In this document: piece by piece, positions 1 through 12,819 of the stretch
How the letters are laid out: every line of letters begins with the position of its first letter
Position numbering within the stretch: position 1 is the stretch's first letter
NCBI RefSeq assembly: GCF_001194135.2
Contig: NC_068981.1
Location: forward strand, 162,526,021 to 162,590,020
Length of the DNA: 64,000 nt
Direction: 5' to 3'
Source: Octopus bimaculoides
Taxonomy: Eukaryota
Position numbers and translations under genes: made by a program
The notes under the pieces: generated by a model
The model's input: only the letters and a program-made list of their open reading frames with translations
What the model was told of the DNA's origin: nothing
Databases searched by the model: none

Positions 1-596
1 ATATATATATATATATATATTCTTTTATTCTTTTACTTGTTTCAGTCATTTGACTTCAGCCATGCATATACATATATAATTCAGTCAACTATAATTTTTA
101 GTTTTCATGTTGTAATTTAGTGTTAACAGAATGTGTAACTGTTGTTGAGCCAAACACCTATATGCAATTAGATTACCTACCTGTAAGCTAAGCAGATTTC
201 TTTTATGTAGCACTTAGCTATGATTTCTCTGTAGAACTGTGAGACAGTTACATGCAGCCTAACAACAGGTAATGAACCACTGTGTGTAGCTGTTCTGATA
301 CTCGAGCTATTTTATTGAGAAGTTCATATTATGTTTCCATAATTCCTTCTCCACATCAAGACTAAATATATTTTAAATATATAAATATATTTTAGCATAC
401 TGAATATTTCAACAAACAATTCTAAGCAAAGAATTTTTCACTCAAAGAATTATACAAACAAAGAAACCTGCAGGAATAGCATTCTACAATTATAGAATGC
501 TAAAAATAAAGAATTCTTCAAGCAAAGTATTCAATAAACACAAACTTCTACAATTCAATAATTCTTCAAATATAGAATTCTGTGGACAAAGAATCA

Positions 597-1005
597 TAGG
601 TACAGACATGGATGTGTGGTAAGAAGCTTGCTTTCCAACCACGTTTCTTGGTTCAATCCCACAACATGGCACACTGTACAAGTATCTTCCACAATAACCC
701 CAGGCCAACTAAAACTTTGTGCATGGATCTCATTGACAGAAACTGAAAGAAGGCAGCGAGCTGGCAGAAACGTTAGCACGGCGGGCGAAACGTTTAGTGG
801 TATTTCGTCCGCCGTTACGTTCTGAGTTCAAATTCCGCCGAGGTCGACTTTGCCTTTCATCCTTTCAGGGTCGATAAATTAAGTACCAGTTACGCACTGG
901 GGTCGATGTAATCGATTTAATCCCTTTGTCTGTCCTTGTTTGTCTCCTCTATGTTTAGATCCTTGTGGGCAATAAAGAAATAAGAAACTGAAAGACGCCC
1001 ATAGA

Positions 1006-1020
<15 letters not shown>
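597..1020 (+). mobile_element. Family A tRNA-headed SINE (head and body), split by a family B insertion
   Basis: Decayed head 'catggatgtgtggtaagaagcttgctttccaaccacg..ggttcaatccc' with Pol III A/B-box-like motifs; the body resumes at 996 after the inserted element and runs into (TA)n. Confidence 0.85.
751..982 (+). mobile_element. Family B SINE, full length and young, with 13-bp TSD
   Basis: TSD agaaactgaaaga at 738-750 and 983-995; A-box-like 'agctggcagaaacgttagc', B-box 'gagttcaaattcc', 3' end 'ccttgtgggcaataaagaaata'; CpGs intact. Confidence 0.92.
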
Positions 1021-1053
<33 letters not shown>

Positions 1054-1097
1054 TCTTTTACTTGTTTCAGTCACTAGACTGCAGCTATGTATATAAA

Positions 1098-1129
<32 letters not shown>

Positions 1130-2671
1130 TGTTTGTATCCTTGTCTTGACAGAGCACTGTTGTTGTAAAATGGTTATCTCTATCATACAAGCAGAATCAT
1201 TCATTTCCAGTACACTATGAGAACATGCTTGATTATGGGGAAATATTACCTTGCTTGGAAACAGGTGGGATTTGGTGACAGGAAGTCTGAGGATTTGATG
1301 CTGTACTGATGGATTTTGGGTATCAATGAAGGTTTTGTGAGATACTGTTATGAGATACTGATAATGTTAGGGTAAGTAATGAGAATGCAACCACTAGGCA
1401 TATATGTTATTGTTGTAGGTGTCCTCTAGCATTATATCAAACAGGCCCTTGGTCAAAGACATTCAATTTCAACGTTTTGTATATCAGAGACTACATTTTT
1501 CAGAGAGTCGTTTCTTTAATAAGACAATAGAGTGTGAATTGAGAGAATTTGGCTATTATTCTTTATACGATGAATGATCATGTTGAAACTCACGCATGGA
1601 CTTATTTATTCACAGTTAGTATAACAAGGAATGACAATGGTTTAAATATTGCATTTTAATGACTCTCATAATTCTTTTCTTGAATGAACAGAAATTTGAA
1701 GTTCTTATTCATCTTTTGCTTCTAATCCTCCATAAAACCTTAATTTTACACAATATTTATTTTTCTTTGTTTAGGAGAGAGGAGGTTCTGTCTCTACTTG
1801 AACCGATAATTCTGTGTATTTTCATTTACGTTATCAGATTCCATATTTTTTATATATAACTATAAACAAGATTTATTGATAAATTTCTCACAATTTCTCG
1901 CATTTTCTTTTTTTTAATAAAATCATGAAACATCTATAGAAAATTTTCAGTTATTGAATTTATGAAGTTTTACACAATCAGGAAATTGCTAGAAATTACA
2001 AATTAATATATTGATTTAAAGCAATAAAAAGTCTTCTTAAAAATTACTAGAAAATCTGAACAAAGATTTACAAATCTTGAGCTATTTAAATATTTTATAA
2101 CAAGAATTTTTTTTTTTAAAAAAAAAAGGAAATCAATAGATATTTTTAACAATTTTATTCAGAATACTAATTCTTAAACCTAATCATCATCTCAGAACAT
2201 TTATCTTTCTCAAATAATTCTATAAATAGAGTTTGTGTCGTTTGAATAGTTTTTATAAATAAGCTTTTCAACATCAAAAATTTAATCTACAAAAGATCTG
2301 AGAAATCTTTTGGCTTTATAATTATTTCAAAGTACTTAACTTAAAACAATATGGCTTTAATTTATAAATTTAAATGTTCGTTTAATCCCCCAAAGCCTTT
2401 ATTTTTAAGATAAAACATCTCATATTCTTTATAAGTAGATAAAGTCATACTTACCATTTATAAGTAGATAAGTCATATTTATCATTGACACTCTTTAAAA
2501 GTAATTTGGCTGTTAAACAGTTATAATTCTATACAGGCATACAATTCTAATACTCTAGTACATTATCAGTGAAAACACCACGTATAATGGAATAGATATT
2601 TAATTTCCCTGTACATGAGATTTGTGATGCAATTTGAACTTCAGGTTGCAGTTATTTAACTTATATTTTAC

Positions 2672-2720
2672 CACTGATATCCATAAAATACCATGGAATC
2701 ACAATTTCTGTCTCCTTCAT
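2672..2720 (-). other. Candidate 49-nt exon (unverified)
   Basis: Minus strand ctgacatttttAG|atgaag...atcagtg|GTaaaa; open as MKETEIVIPWYFMDISG or in phase 1. Splice signals only, no homology support. Confidence 0.2.
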
Positions 2721-4118
2721 CTAAAAATGTCAGACTTCAGGCCTGCTGAAGAGTGAGCAGTGGGAAATGAATCCTTTGTACCTTCCTAGAAAACAACTTC
2801 CGAATGGACCAATAAGAACTTTAAGTGGTCACTCAGTCTGCTTGAAATAGCAGACAAATTTCCCTCAAATCCTGCCCTTCCACAGCAAAAAATGAAATGT
2901 AACATTCAATGATGTAGTTTTAAAAATAATATGTCTGAAAAAAAAAGATACATGGTCACAACTGGAATGGCCTGTCATGGATTTCCTGGGTTTAAACAAT
3001 AACGATGATATCAAATCAATGATACCTCTTTAAAAATATATGGTGCAAATAGTAGAGAGATGAGCAGAATATTTTACATTATTGCATTCAGACAATTGCT
3101 TGGGTAAAGAGAGAAGACATTTTTTTAAAATGAGAAAAAAGAAAAACTGTTTATACACAAGTAGAATTATCTTAACTGGAAGGAGAAAATTCATTAAATC
3201 AATTAGCGGGAATATATCACATGCAATTCCAAACACTAATCTTTGGCAAGGAGACATTGTTAATGAGTTCTAAGGTGGGACAAAGACCCTGAAGTTTAGC
3301 TTTGATTATACTAACCCCAGTATTTGACTGATGCTTATGTTATTAAATTTCAGAAACATGAAGGACAAAGATAATATTGATGAGATCTGAACTCAAAACA
3401 CCAAGACAAATTCAACTACAGTGAGATATTTTATCCAACAATCAAGTTCAGTGTTATATGTTTCTCTCTTTAAATTGTACTCTCATCATTTTTATTTTTC
3501 ACTTCATAACAAGTAAAAAAATTAAATATGTGAAATATCCTGAAACTATTTATTTATGTACCCTCTCCTTTGAGGTATGGAATTTTTTGGATAATGTTAA
3601 TTACTGGTAATTAATAATTTTTGCCAACAGCAATAATCCAGGGCTTGTGACAGCTCTTTAGTCTTGCTGATAGCAAGGCAACATCTACAGTGCTGGTGCC
3701 AAGAAAAAATGCACCTAGTATATTCTGTAAAGTGGTTGATGTTAGAAAGAGTAATTATAAATAATTAGGATGGTGGTGGCAGCAGCAGTGGTGGCATTGG
3801 CAGTGGTGGTGGTGTGAGAACTAATTATCTGATCATAAGAACAGTCTTTCCAACCCACATTTGGCTAGCATGGCTAGGTAGGTTGGTAGCTGAGATCTCA
3901 TCCAATTGTAGATTGAAAAATAACTGGATGATATGGAATTGTTAATAGTAATTTGTAAAGGAAACACAAAGGCACCAATTTTTAGTGAAGGATATGGGTT
4001 GATTGCAACAGGACCAATTTTTGAGTGCTACTTACTTTATCAGACCCTGTAAGGTTGCAAGGTAAAATAAAAAAAACCTACAGGTCTTAACTCAAAATGT
4101 AAATATATACATATAGAC

Positions 4119-4622
4119 AGGCACAAGCATGGGTGTGTGCTAAGAAGTTTGCTTCTCAACCACATGGTTCCAGGTTCAGTCCCAATGAGTGACACCTTGA
4201 GTAAGTATCTTCTGTTATAGCCTTGGGCCACCCAAAGCCTTGTAAGTGGTTTTGGTTGACAGAAATTGAAAAAAGCCCATCGTGTATATATATACATATA
4301 TATNNNNNNNNNNNNNNNNNNNNNNNNNNNNNNNNNNNNNNNNNACACATATATATCTGTGTCTGTGCATGCAGGCACATGTGTGTGTGTGTATGTGTGT
4401 ATCGTTGTGTCTGTGTTTGTACCACACCACTGTTTGACAACCAGCATTTGTGTCTTTATGTCCCTGTAACTTAGCAGTTTGGCAAAAGAAACCAATGGAA
4501 TAAGTACCAAGCTTAAAAAATGAGGACTGGGGCCGATTCATTCAACTAAAATTCTTCAAGGTGATGCCGTAGCATGGCCACAGCCTAATGACTGAGCAAA
4601 GCAAGTAAAAGACAAAAGACAA
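4119..4622 (+). mobile_element. Family A SINE, near full length
   Basis: Head, CORE-like 'gacaccttgagtaagtatctt', internal (TA)/(TG) tract containing the N-gap, tail 'aagtaaaagacaaaagacaaaa'. Confidence 0.88.
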
Positions 4623-5221
4623 AATACTGCAAGACACTTTGTCCACATGTTTTGACCATCAGTGCCACATGTTTTGAAGTTCAAATTGTGCAATGGTTCA
4701 TTCTGTTTTGCATTTCTTAAGAATTGATAAAATTAAGTATCTGTAATATTGGAATTAAGTTCATTAATTATATCACATCACACTTAGAACATGTGACTTG
4801 TGCTGGGACAAATGGAATCTATACAAAAATTGGAGTTCTTTTGTGTTCAAACCAACACAATAGTATTTATATGGTCAAACTGTTTTTATCAAAAAGAATA
4901 TTCAACAGAAATTGCTTCAATAGGTTTCTTTTTTGCTACCATTTTTCTTCATTAATGTGAAATCAACATTGTTGAAAATCAATAATGTTGAATTCTTTGC
5001 AATATCATGAAATCATTACCAACTGGCTATTTACAATGTTATTAAGAAATGAATGAAACAGGCTTAGAAAGTAAAAAAAAATGTTCCTGCAGAAGATGAC
5101 ACAACAATCAGAAATCTGTTATGAGAGCAGTTGTCAAGCTGGAGATGACCAAGCAGCAAACACTGGCACACCCCAACTTATAACATTTTGAGTTACATAT
5201 TTTTTTTCAACTTTACATCAT

Positions 5222-5790
5222 CGCTATGTGATGTGTATGGACAAGGACAGCTGTGTAAAGAAGTGCCGATCTCTAACTGTGGAGGGAACCTGTGCTAGAG
5301 GTAGACCCAGGGAGACATAGAATGAGGTAGTGAAGCATGATCTTCAAATGTTGGGCCTCACAGAGACAATGGCTAGTGACTGATACCTTTGGCAATATCC
5401 CATGCTTGAGAAGATCCATCAAGTTAAGTGAAATTGTAGTCGTGACCAATGTTGGTGTCACATAACTGACACCCAGGCCAGTGGCACATAAAAAGCATCT
5501 TTCAAGCATTGGACCTCACAGAAGCAATATGGTTAATGCCAGTGGCACGTAAAAGCACCTTTTGAGCATTGGGCTTCATGGAGGCAATGATAAATGACCG
5601 AGGCCTTTGGCAATATGCCATGCTTAAGAAGAAGACCCATCAGGCCAAGTGAAATCAGATAATTAGCTCTCATAGTGGTGTCACACAATTGGCACCCAAA
5701 CCAGTGGCATGTAAAAAGCACCCACTACACTCTTGGAATGGTTGGTGTTAGGAAGGGCATCCAGCCATAGAAACCATGCCAAATCAGACC
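5222..5790 (+). mobile_element. RTE-clade LINE 3' end with duplicated ORF-end/3'UTR modules
   Basis: Translates as CMDKDSCVKKCRSLTVEGTCARGRPRET*NEVVKHDLQMLGL (RTE ORF2 C-terminus); the 'ttgggcctcacagag..' block recurs near 5351, 5509 and 5570; ends in the 'ttaggaagggcatccagc' 3'UTR motif. Confidence 0.85.
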
Positions 5791-5888
5791 AGACAAGTTT
5801 TCTCAGAATAACAGAAATGAATTACACTGTTTGTATGACTTTGACACTCATTATAACTGTAATATGATGTCAAGACATGGAGGCACAA

Positions 5889-5919
<31 letters not shown>

Positions 5920-6189
5920 TGTATATGTTTTCTGCAATAAATTGAGAAGCAGTGACAAGTGACAATTCTGTAAATAATAATATTTTACAAACTTAAAGCT
6001 TATAAGTGATCACCGTGTATTGACTAAAGAAAACAGTCTACTACTGGGGCATATAAGCCCTCAACGGAAAACCCACTTTTTTCCATCGAGGGCTTATATG
6101 CCCAATACTAGACTATTTTCTATAGGCAATACTCGGTAATCACTTATAGGCTTTAAGCTTATAAAAAGATTATTATTAATATTTACAGA

Positions 6190-6238
<49 letters not shown>

Positions 6239-6482
6239 TAGATACATACATACATACATACATACATACACACACAGACACACATACACATGCACATATA
6301 CAATGGGCTTTTTTCCGTTCGTGTCTACTAAATCTACCCACAAGGCTTTGGTCAACCTGTGGCTAACGTAAAAGACACTTACCTAAGTTACCACACCCTG
6401 GGACTGAACCAGAAAACTTGTGGTTGGAAAGCAAACTTCTTAACCAGACAGCTACACCTCTGCAACAATGTTGATATCTCAC

Positions 6483-6564
6483 TTGTCACAATTTGCATGA
6501 AACAGTGTGATATTTACATTCTTCATTGACATTTTGACCTCTCTCTCTGCACTTTGGGAAACAT
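6483..6564 (-). other. Candidate 82-nt exon (unverified)
   Basis: Strong acceptor cttctttttttttttattccAG|, donor |GTgaga; phase 1 to phase 2 reading (D)VSQSAEREVKMSMKNVNITLFHANCD is open. No recognised homolog. Confidence 0.25.
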
Positions 6565-7474
6565 CTGGAATAAAAAAAAAAAGAAGTCCTTTACTTAAAA
6601 AAAAAAAAACAGATGAAAGTTGGCAACAAACAGAACACCCAACTGTAAAGTCTTACTTGAAAATCAATTCCTGTCTAAGCCATGTTTATATCATGGAAAA
6701 ATGGATGTTAAACAAATATGATACAGCATCAATTTTACAACTAATTTGACATGCTAGCAATAAGAGAAATGGTTTTAACTGGATCAATTCTTCCGGTTGT
6801 TGTTGTTGTGAAACTCAAGGTTAGTAGTAATCAAGCGGATATATATGACATGTATATGGTCAGCCAAGCAACCAAGTATTTTCCACTGATCAATAGCTCT
6901 ATATATGCTATATATCTGTCTAGTTAAGAGCCATACTGTATATTTAAACAGGCAGATGATATGTGGCAGTTGATACTAAGTGGTACTTTCTTATGAAGAA
7001 GCCTCTATGAGGTAATGATTGTCTAGAAATAGCAGCAAATCTGTCTCAAATTTTACCCTACTGTCTTCAGAATGTGCATTACAACAGTTGTTGTTACTGC
7101 TATTGTTGATGGTGGTGATTTTTGTTGCTATTGTGGCTGTTATTGTTGTTTTTGATGGTAGTTTTGTTCAATTACAGGCCAACTCTGCTTGAGTAGACCT
7201 TTGATGATAGTTTTGTTTAACCACAGGCCAACTCTGCTTGAGCAGCCTTCTAATCAAAGGTATTCCAACCACAACCATCATGTCATTTTTGAATTACGAT
7301 TAGGACTAAATTATTCGAAATATCCTTTCCTTCTATAAGATAATAGGGTTCTGATTTAAGGTTTAAGGGACATTTGGCTGCTATTTCTAGCAGATCAAAC
7401 AAGTGTGGAGCAATTGTACAGCTGGAACCCCATTCAATTACTTAAACATGGAGTGTAGAGACTGGAATTGTTTT

Positions 7475-7510
<36 letters not shown>

Positions 7511-8005
7511 GTTTAACGTCCGCTTTCCGTGCTAGCATGGGTTGGACGATTTGACTCAGGACTGGCGGACCAGGTGGCTATACCAGGCTCCAATCTGATT
7601 TGGCAGAGTTTCTACAGCTGGATGCCCTTCCTAACGCCAACCACTCCGAGATTGTAGTGGGTGTTTTTACATGCCACCAGCACGAAGGCCAGTCAGGTGG
7701 TACTGGCAACGGCCACGCTCAAAATGGTGTATTTTACACGCCACTTGTACAGGAGCCAGTCCAGCGGTACTGGCAACGATCTCGCTCGAATGTCTTTTCA
7801 CGTGCCACTGGTACAAGTGCCAGGAAGGCGACGTTGGTAACGATCACGCTCAGATGGTGCTATTTACGTGCCACCGGCACGGAAGTCAGACAGCTGGTGC
7901 TCTGGCAACGATCACGCTCGGACGGTGCTCTTAGTGCTCCACTGGTACAGGTGCCATCACGATTTCAGTTTCGCTTGCCCCAACAGGTCTTCGCAAGCCG
8001 AGTTT
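7475..8005 (-). mobile_element. 5'-truncated RTE copy: modular 3'UTR with (GAT)n tail
   Basis: (atc)n tail 7475-7510, 'gtttaacgtccgctttcc..gggttggacgatttgact' terminus, 4-5 tandem units of about 62-67 bp at 7671-7960; same terminus as 44700-44767. Confidence 0.88.
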
Positions 8006-8159
8006 AGTTTATCAGACAGTAAAAATTGGATCAATAAAATTAAATGGTTTGCTAACAAGTAAAACTCATTGGTTGTTATTTTAACCCTTTACCTGTCCAG
8101 TATATCACATGTTATATACGGGACATATTCTCTGGTATCCATGCATGATATATTCTTTT

Positions 8160-8400
8160 ATTCATTTTTTTTATTCTTTTACTTGTTTCAGTCATTTGAC
8201 TGTGGTCATGCTGGAGCACTGCCTTAAAGGGTTTTAGTCAAAGGAATCGACTTATTCTTTGTAAGCCTAGTACTTATTCTATTGGTCTCTTTTGCTGAAC
8301 TGCTAAGTCACAGGGACGTAAACACACCAGCATCAGTTGTCAAGCGATAGCGGGGCAGCAAACACAGATACACACACACAAATATATACATACATATTAA
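8160..8400 (-). mobile_element. Family A SINE 3' half
   Basis: 'cttttacttgtttcagtcatttgactgtggtcatgctggagcac...aaacacaccagcatcagttgtcaagcg'. Confidence 0.85.
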
Positions 8401-8663
8401 TTTTTACAATCCAGCCGTCCTTTCACACAGAATTTCGTCTATCTTTAAACCATGAACCTAAAGTGACTTATATATAAGGAAACTATTATTGTGTATGTAT
8501 GTCAGAAAATGTATATAAGTTGAAACAATTTATTGAACTTTTATGGTTTTTTTTAATAATTGTTTATGTTATATAATATTATGTTATATTATATTCATAG
8601 TATATCATGTAATATAATACAAGTAAATTATTGGATTGTCAATAGTATCTCTATCTGATTTAT

Positions 8664-8713
<50 letters not shown>

Positions 8714-8745
8714 ATGTGTATGTATGTGTGTGTATATATATATAT

Positions 8746-8779
<34 letters not shown>

Positions 8780-9859
8780 GTATATTTATTAATTCATAAA
8801 AGAATATAAGGATAAAAATGACGTTAATGATTTTTATCAAGTAGTCAGCATGCTATAAAAATTTATTGGAAATTAATACATTACATTACTAATAATGTAC
8901 ATAAGTATATAATTATATCGAGGGAGATAGGGTGAAACCGACCTGTCACCAGTATGCTTGAAGTGCCGATGTATATTTATACGATGGACTTCTTTCAGCT
9001 TCCATCAGACAAATCTACTCATAAAGCTTTGGTCAGCCCAAGGCTATAGTAGAAGACACTTACTCAAGGTGGAACACATTAGGACTGAACCAGGAACCAT
9101 GTTTTTGGGAAGGAACCTTCTTACTACACAGCCATGCCTACAACTATATCATACATATTCCCAATTGTTTTTCAGCCTTTAGCATAACTTGGGACGTATC
9201 AGAGGAAAGCTTTTACTCAGAACTAGTGCTGCATTAACCATTAAGCAAAATAAGCACATGCTTAGGGTACCAGTGGAAGAGGAAGGCACTACAGAATTGG
9301 TAAATGGTTTACAGCCCAAAAGAAATCACTTTAAACTTGCTAAAATATTCAAAGTGGTTTATATGATCGGAAATATAATTTCAAAGTGTTCATGGAGTCA
9401 TAGTGAAGTTCCAATCAAAGACTTGACAATTAAAAAAAGTAGGAGAAAACTTGTCAAATATAAATAAAGTTGAAGTATACAGAAATATACATTTTCCATC
9501 TTGCTGTTAGTTCTGTTTCCTTTTTCAAAATAAAGTTTTATTTACAGTTTATTATTGTTTATATTTCAAATTACATATATATGGGAACACCAAATTCTTT
9601 TAAGAGTTGAGGGCCTTTATGGGTCTTCATCCAACCCTGCTCAGAATGTGCGAAAGTCTGAAGACAAGCACGGACGTTTAAGACAAACTAATGAAAATGC
9701 TTTGGACAGACAAAATGCTATATATATTTCTATTTTATATCACAATTTTTGAATAACAATATCATTTGTTACAAGTTTTCAATGGATCAATCACTGCTTT
9801 ACTAATTGCAAGAGTGACTAGGTAATGTCTGTAATTTAAAAAACAAAAAAAAAAGGTAA

Positions 9860-10110
9860 AGTTACTGTCTTGAGTCATACTGACTCATAAGGGCCAATTT
9901 CCTGGTTTCCCTGGTGTGTATATTCCCCACCTGGATAGGATGCTGGTCCATCACAGGATTTCACAATTTTGCCAGCTGAGTGGACTGGAACAACATGAAA
10001 TGAAGTGTTTTGCTCAAGAACGCAATGCATCGCCCAGTCTAGGTATCAAAACCACAATCTTATGATCATGAATCCAACACCCTAACCACTAAGACATGTG
10101 CCTCCATGGG
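9860..10110 (-). mobile_element. Family D tRNA-headed SINE
   Basis: Reverse complement of head 'catgtcttagtggttagg..tcatgatcataag..gattcc', body 'tgcattgcgttcttgagcaaaacac'; homologous copies at 12575-12795(-), 16255-16500(+), 26075-26400(+), 52842-53155(+). Confidence 0.8.
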
Positions 10111-10192
10111 GTCAGTGGTTAAAGTGATGCATTCATGATTGTAAGATTGTGATTTTGATTCCTAGAGCAGGAAATGTGTTCTTTAGCAACAT

Positions 10193-10257
<65 letters not shown>

Positions 10258-10431
10258 CGCTCATTCATACTGGTGCAGGCATTGTTGCAAGATTGAGAAG
10301 TTTGCTTTCCAACGACATGGTTTTGCATTTGGCCCCACTGTATGGCACCTTGAACAAGTGTCTTCTATTATAGCCCCAGGCCAACCAAAGCTTTGTGAGT
10401 GAATTTGGTCAACAGATACTGAAAGAAGCCC

Positions 10432-10478
<47 letters not shown>

Positions 10479-10579
10479 ATGTACGTATGTATGCTTTATA
10501 AAGCAAACTACAAGGTTCATACCTAAATAGAATTTACACACACACACACACGCACACACACACATGCACACACACACAA

Positions 10580-10895
10580 GGAAGTGCCTTTCATCCTTTT
10601 GAGGTTGATTAAATAAGTACCAGCTACTCATTGAAGTTGATGTAATTGACTTAATCCCTTCTCCCAAATTTGAGGCCTTGTGCTTCCAGTAGAAAGGCAC
10701 AAAGCCTGAAATTTTGGGCAAGTGGGGTAGTTGATTACATCAACCCCAGTGCTCAACTGGTGCTTTATTTTATTGACCATGAAGAGGTGAAAGACAAAGG
10801 TGGTCCCTGCAGGATTTGAACTCAGAACAAAAACAATTGAAAGAAATGTTGTGAAGTATTTTGTCTGACATGCTAACAATTTTTCCAGCTCATCC
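10580..10895. mobile_element. Two decayed family B SINEs, tail to tail
   Basis: 'gcctttcatcc..aagtaccag..ggccttgtgc' on + (10580-10695), then the same motifs reversed (10695-10895). Confidence 0.75.
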
Positions 10896-12081
10896 CCTCA
10901 AAATCACTTATGCCATCTCTCAAGTTTGGGATCTTATACCTATGAAAGGAATCAATAACTTGAACATAGGCCAACCATTTTGGCAGAGAGAAAGAGAGTA
11001 GAGTCAATAGAATTATCCCTGTCCATCAATACTTGATTGGTGCTTAATTAATTGATCAAAAGAATGAAAATCAAAGTCAGTCTAGCAGCATTTGAACTCT
11101 GAATGCGAAGTAGTATAACCAAACCGCCCAAATTGTTTGGTTGTCTCTCTTTTGATTCTGCCAGGGAAAGATAGCCAGTGTAGACTAACATTCTATCCAG
11201 CATGTGATTTGTTTCTCATCCACCTACCATCAAAAACCAGAGCTAAACTGAGACTTTGAAAATCTCCCTTAGAGTTTAAGAGACATCTACATTTCTCATT
11301 TTACTAATATCATTAGAATTTGCTTTAGAATCATTCTACAGACATTCTGTTATTATTTAAGCACATATTTTCTACAAAATAGAAGTTAACTAAGGCAGAA
11401 GAGCTGATACAGTCAGATCACATTAAATCATGTTGTACTTGATACACTATATCTGAGAAAAAGACTTAATAGTTGGAGTTGGAAATGATCCTGGGTTTGT
11501 TTGACCTGACTTAACAATAACAGGTACAATCAAGTTTAGCTAGATCTGAACTCAGAACAGTGAAGTACTGCATCAGTAAGCATTCAGTCAAGTATACGAT
11601 TCTTTTGGTTACTTCCATTGGATTTCTAGAAAATAGATAGTCACAGAGATAAAATGAATAACAGCTATGGTTGCAATGTATCGATTAAATCTTGGAGATA
11701 CATTGCACTAATGAATGATTTTTGATGATGAATAAATACTTTATTTTTGATAATCATATTAACTCAGTCACTATAGATCTCGGAAATCACATTAAGAATT
11801 AGCTAAAATGATAATAAACCCCACCAATGAATTGGATTTTCAATGCATGAATAAAGAAACAAAAAGAGACATTGAATAAGTTTATTGATATATTACCAAG
11901 CATGACATTTGTTAAATGCCTAAATGTCTGAGATGAGATATTGTTAATAAACTAACTTTTCATATTCCAACACTTCATTCCTTAATTTTGATAAACATTT
12001 CTTCAAAATAATGATAGCCCAAAGGAAGTCACCAATGAGTGGCTGCTAATGAACAGAAACTGAACATCTATTCTGACTCTG

Positions 12082-12309
12082 TTAACCCTTTAGCATTTAA
12101 ACCGGTCTTATCCAGCCCAAAAATTCTACTTGTTTTACATGCAAACTAACTAGATCAAGCCTCTCACACCAACCCTTTAATGTCATTCTAAAAACAAATA
12201 ACGACATCATTGAAATCTCAAAGTTATGCGATAATGCACGATTAATTCAAAACAATGTAAATAAATAAGGATTACATTTGACAGAGTAATCTGAATGCAA
12301 AAGAGTTAA
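12082..12309. mobile_element. piggyBac-type MITE (family P1, about 228 bp)
   Basis: TTAA flanks; ends ttaaccctttagcatt ... aatgcaaaagagttaa. Other copies at 23804-24496, 24662-24881, 38983-39206, 41079-41313. Confidence 0.8.
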
Positions 12310-12819
12310 TGCTATGTGCAGCCTAGTTGCTTTTGATAAGATAGTAACCAGTTCCATATATTTTGTATATAGCAGGGATCCTCAACCAATCAGCCACATA
12401 CTAGTACTGAGCCATGGACATGTACTGGGTAGTGGATCATTTGATACCAGGCTCCACAGAAAGAATGAATTTTAAAATTTTATTACTATTTTATTGACTA
12501 TCACAGTCTGCATGATGTTTCTGCATTATATGTACATAACCAAAAAAAGGATCAAAGGTCCTTTCTGAGCCAAAGGCACTTTCTTTGATTCTGTGGCATA
12601 TGTATTTCTCTGTCCTTGGATAGGACACCAATCCATTGCAGGATTACACATTCTTTGCCAGATGAGTGAACTGGATCAATGTGAAATGAAGTGTTTTACT
12701 CAAGAACACAATACATTGCCCAGTCCAGGAACTGAAACCACAATCATATGAGCATGAGGGCAACACCCTAACCACTAACCCTTGCACCTCCACATTTATA
12801 TATTATATATATATATTTT

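Noticed and set aside
7671-7960. CRISPR-like repeat/spacer appearance
   Set aside because: Units are degenerate, the middles are homologous to each other, the array lies in an RTE 3'UTR of a eukaryote, and there are no cas genes.
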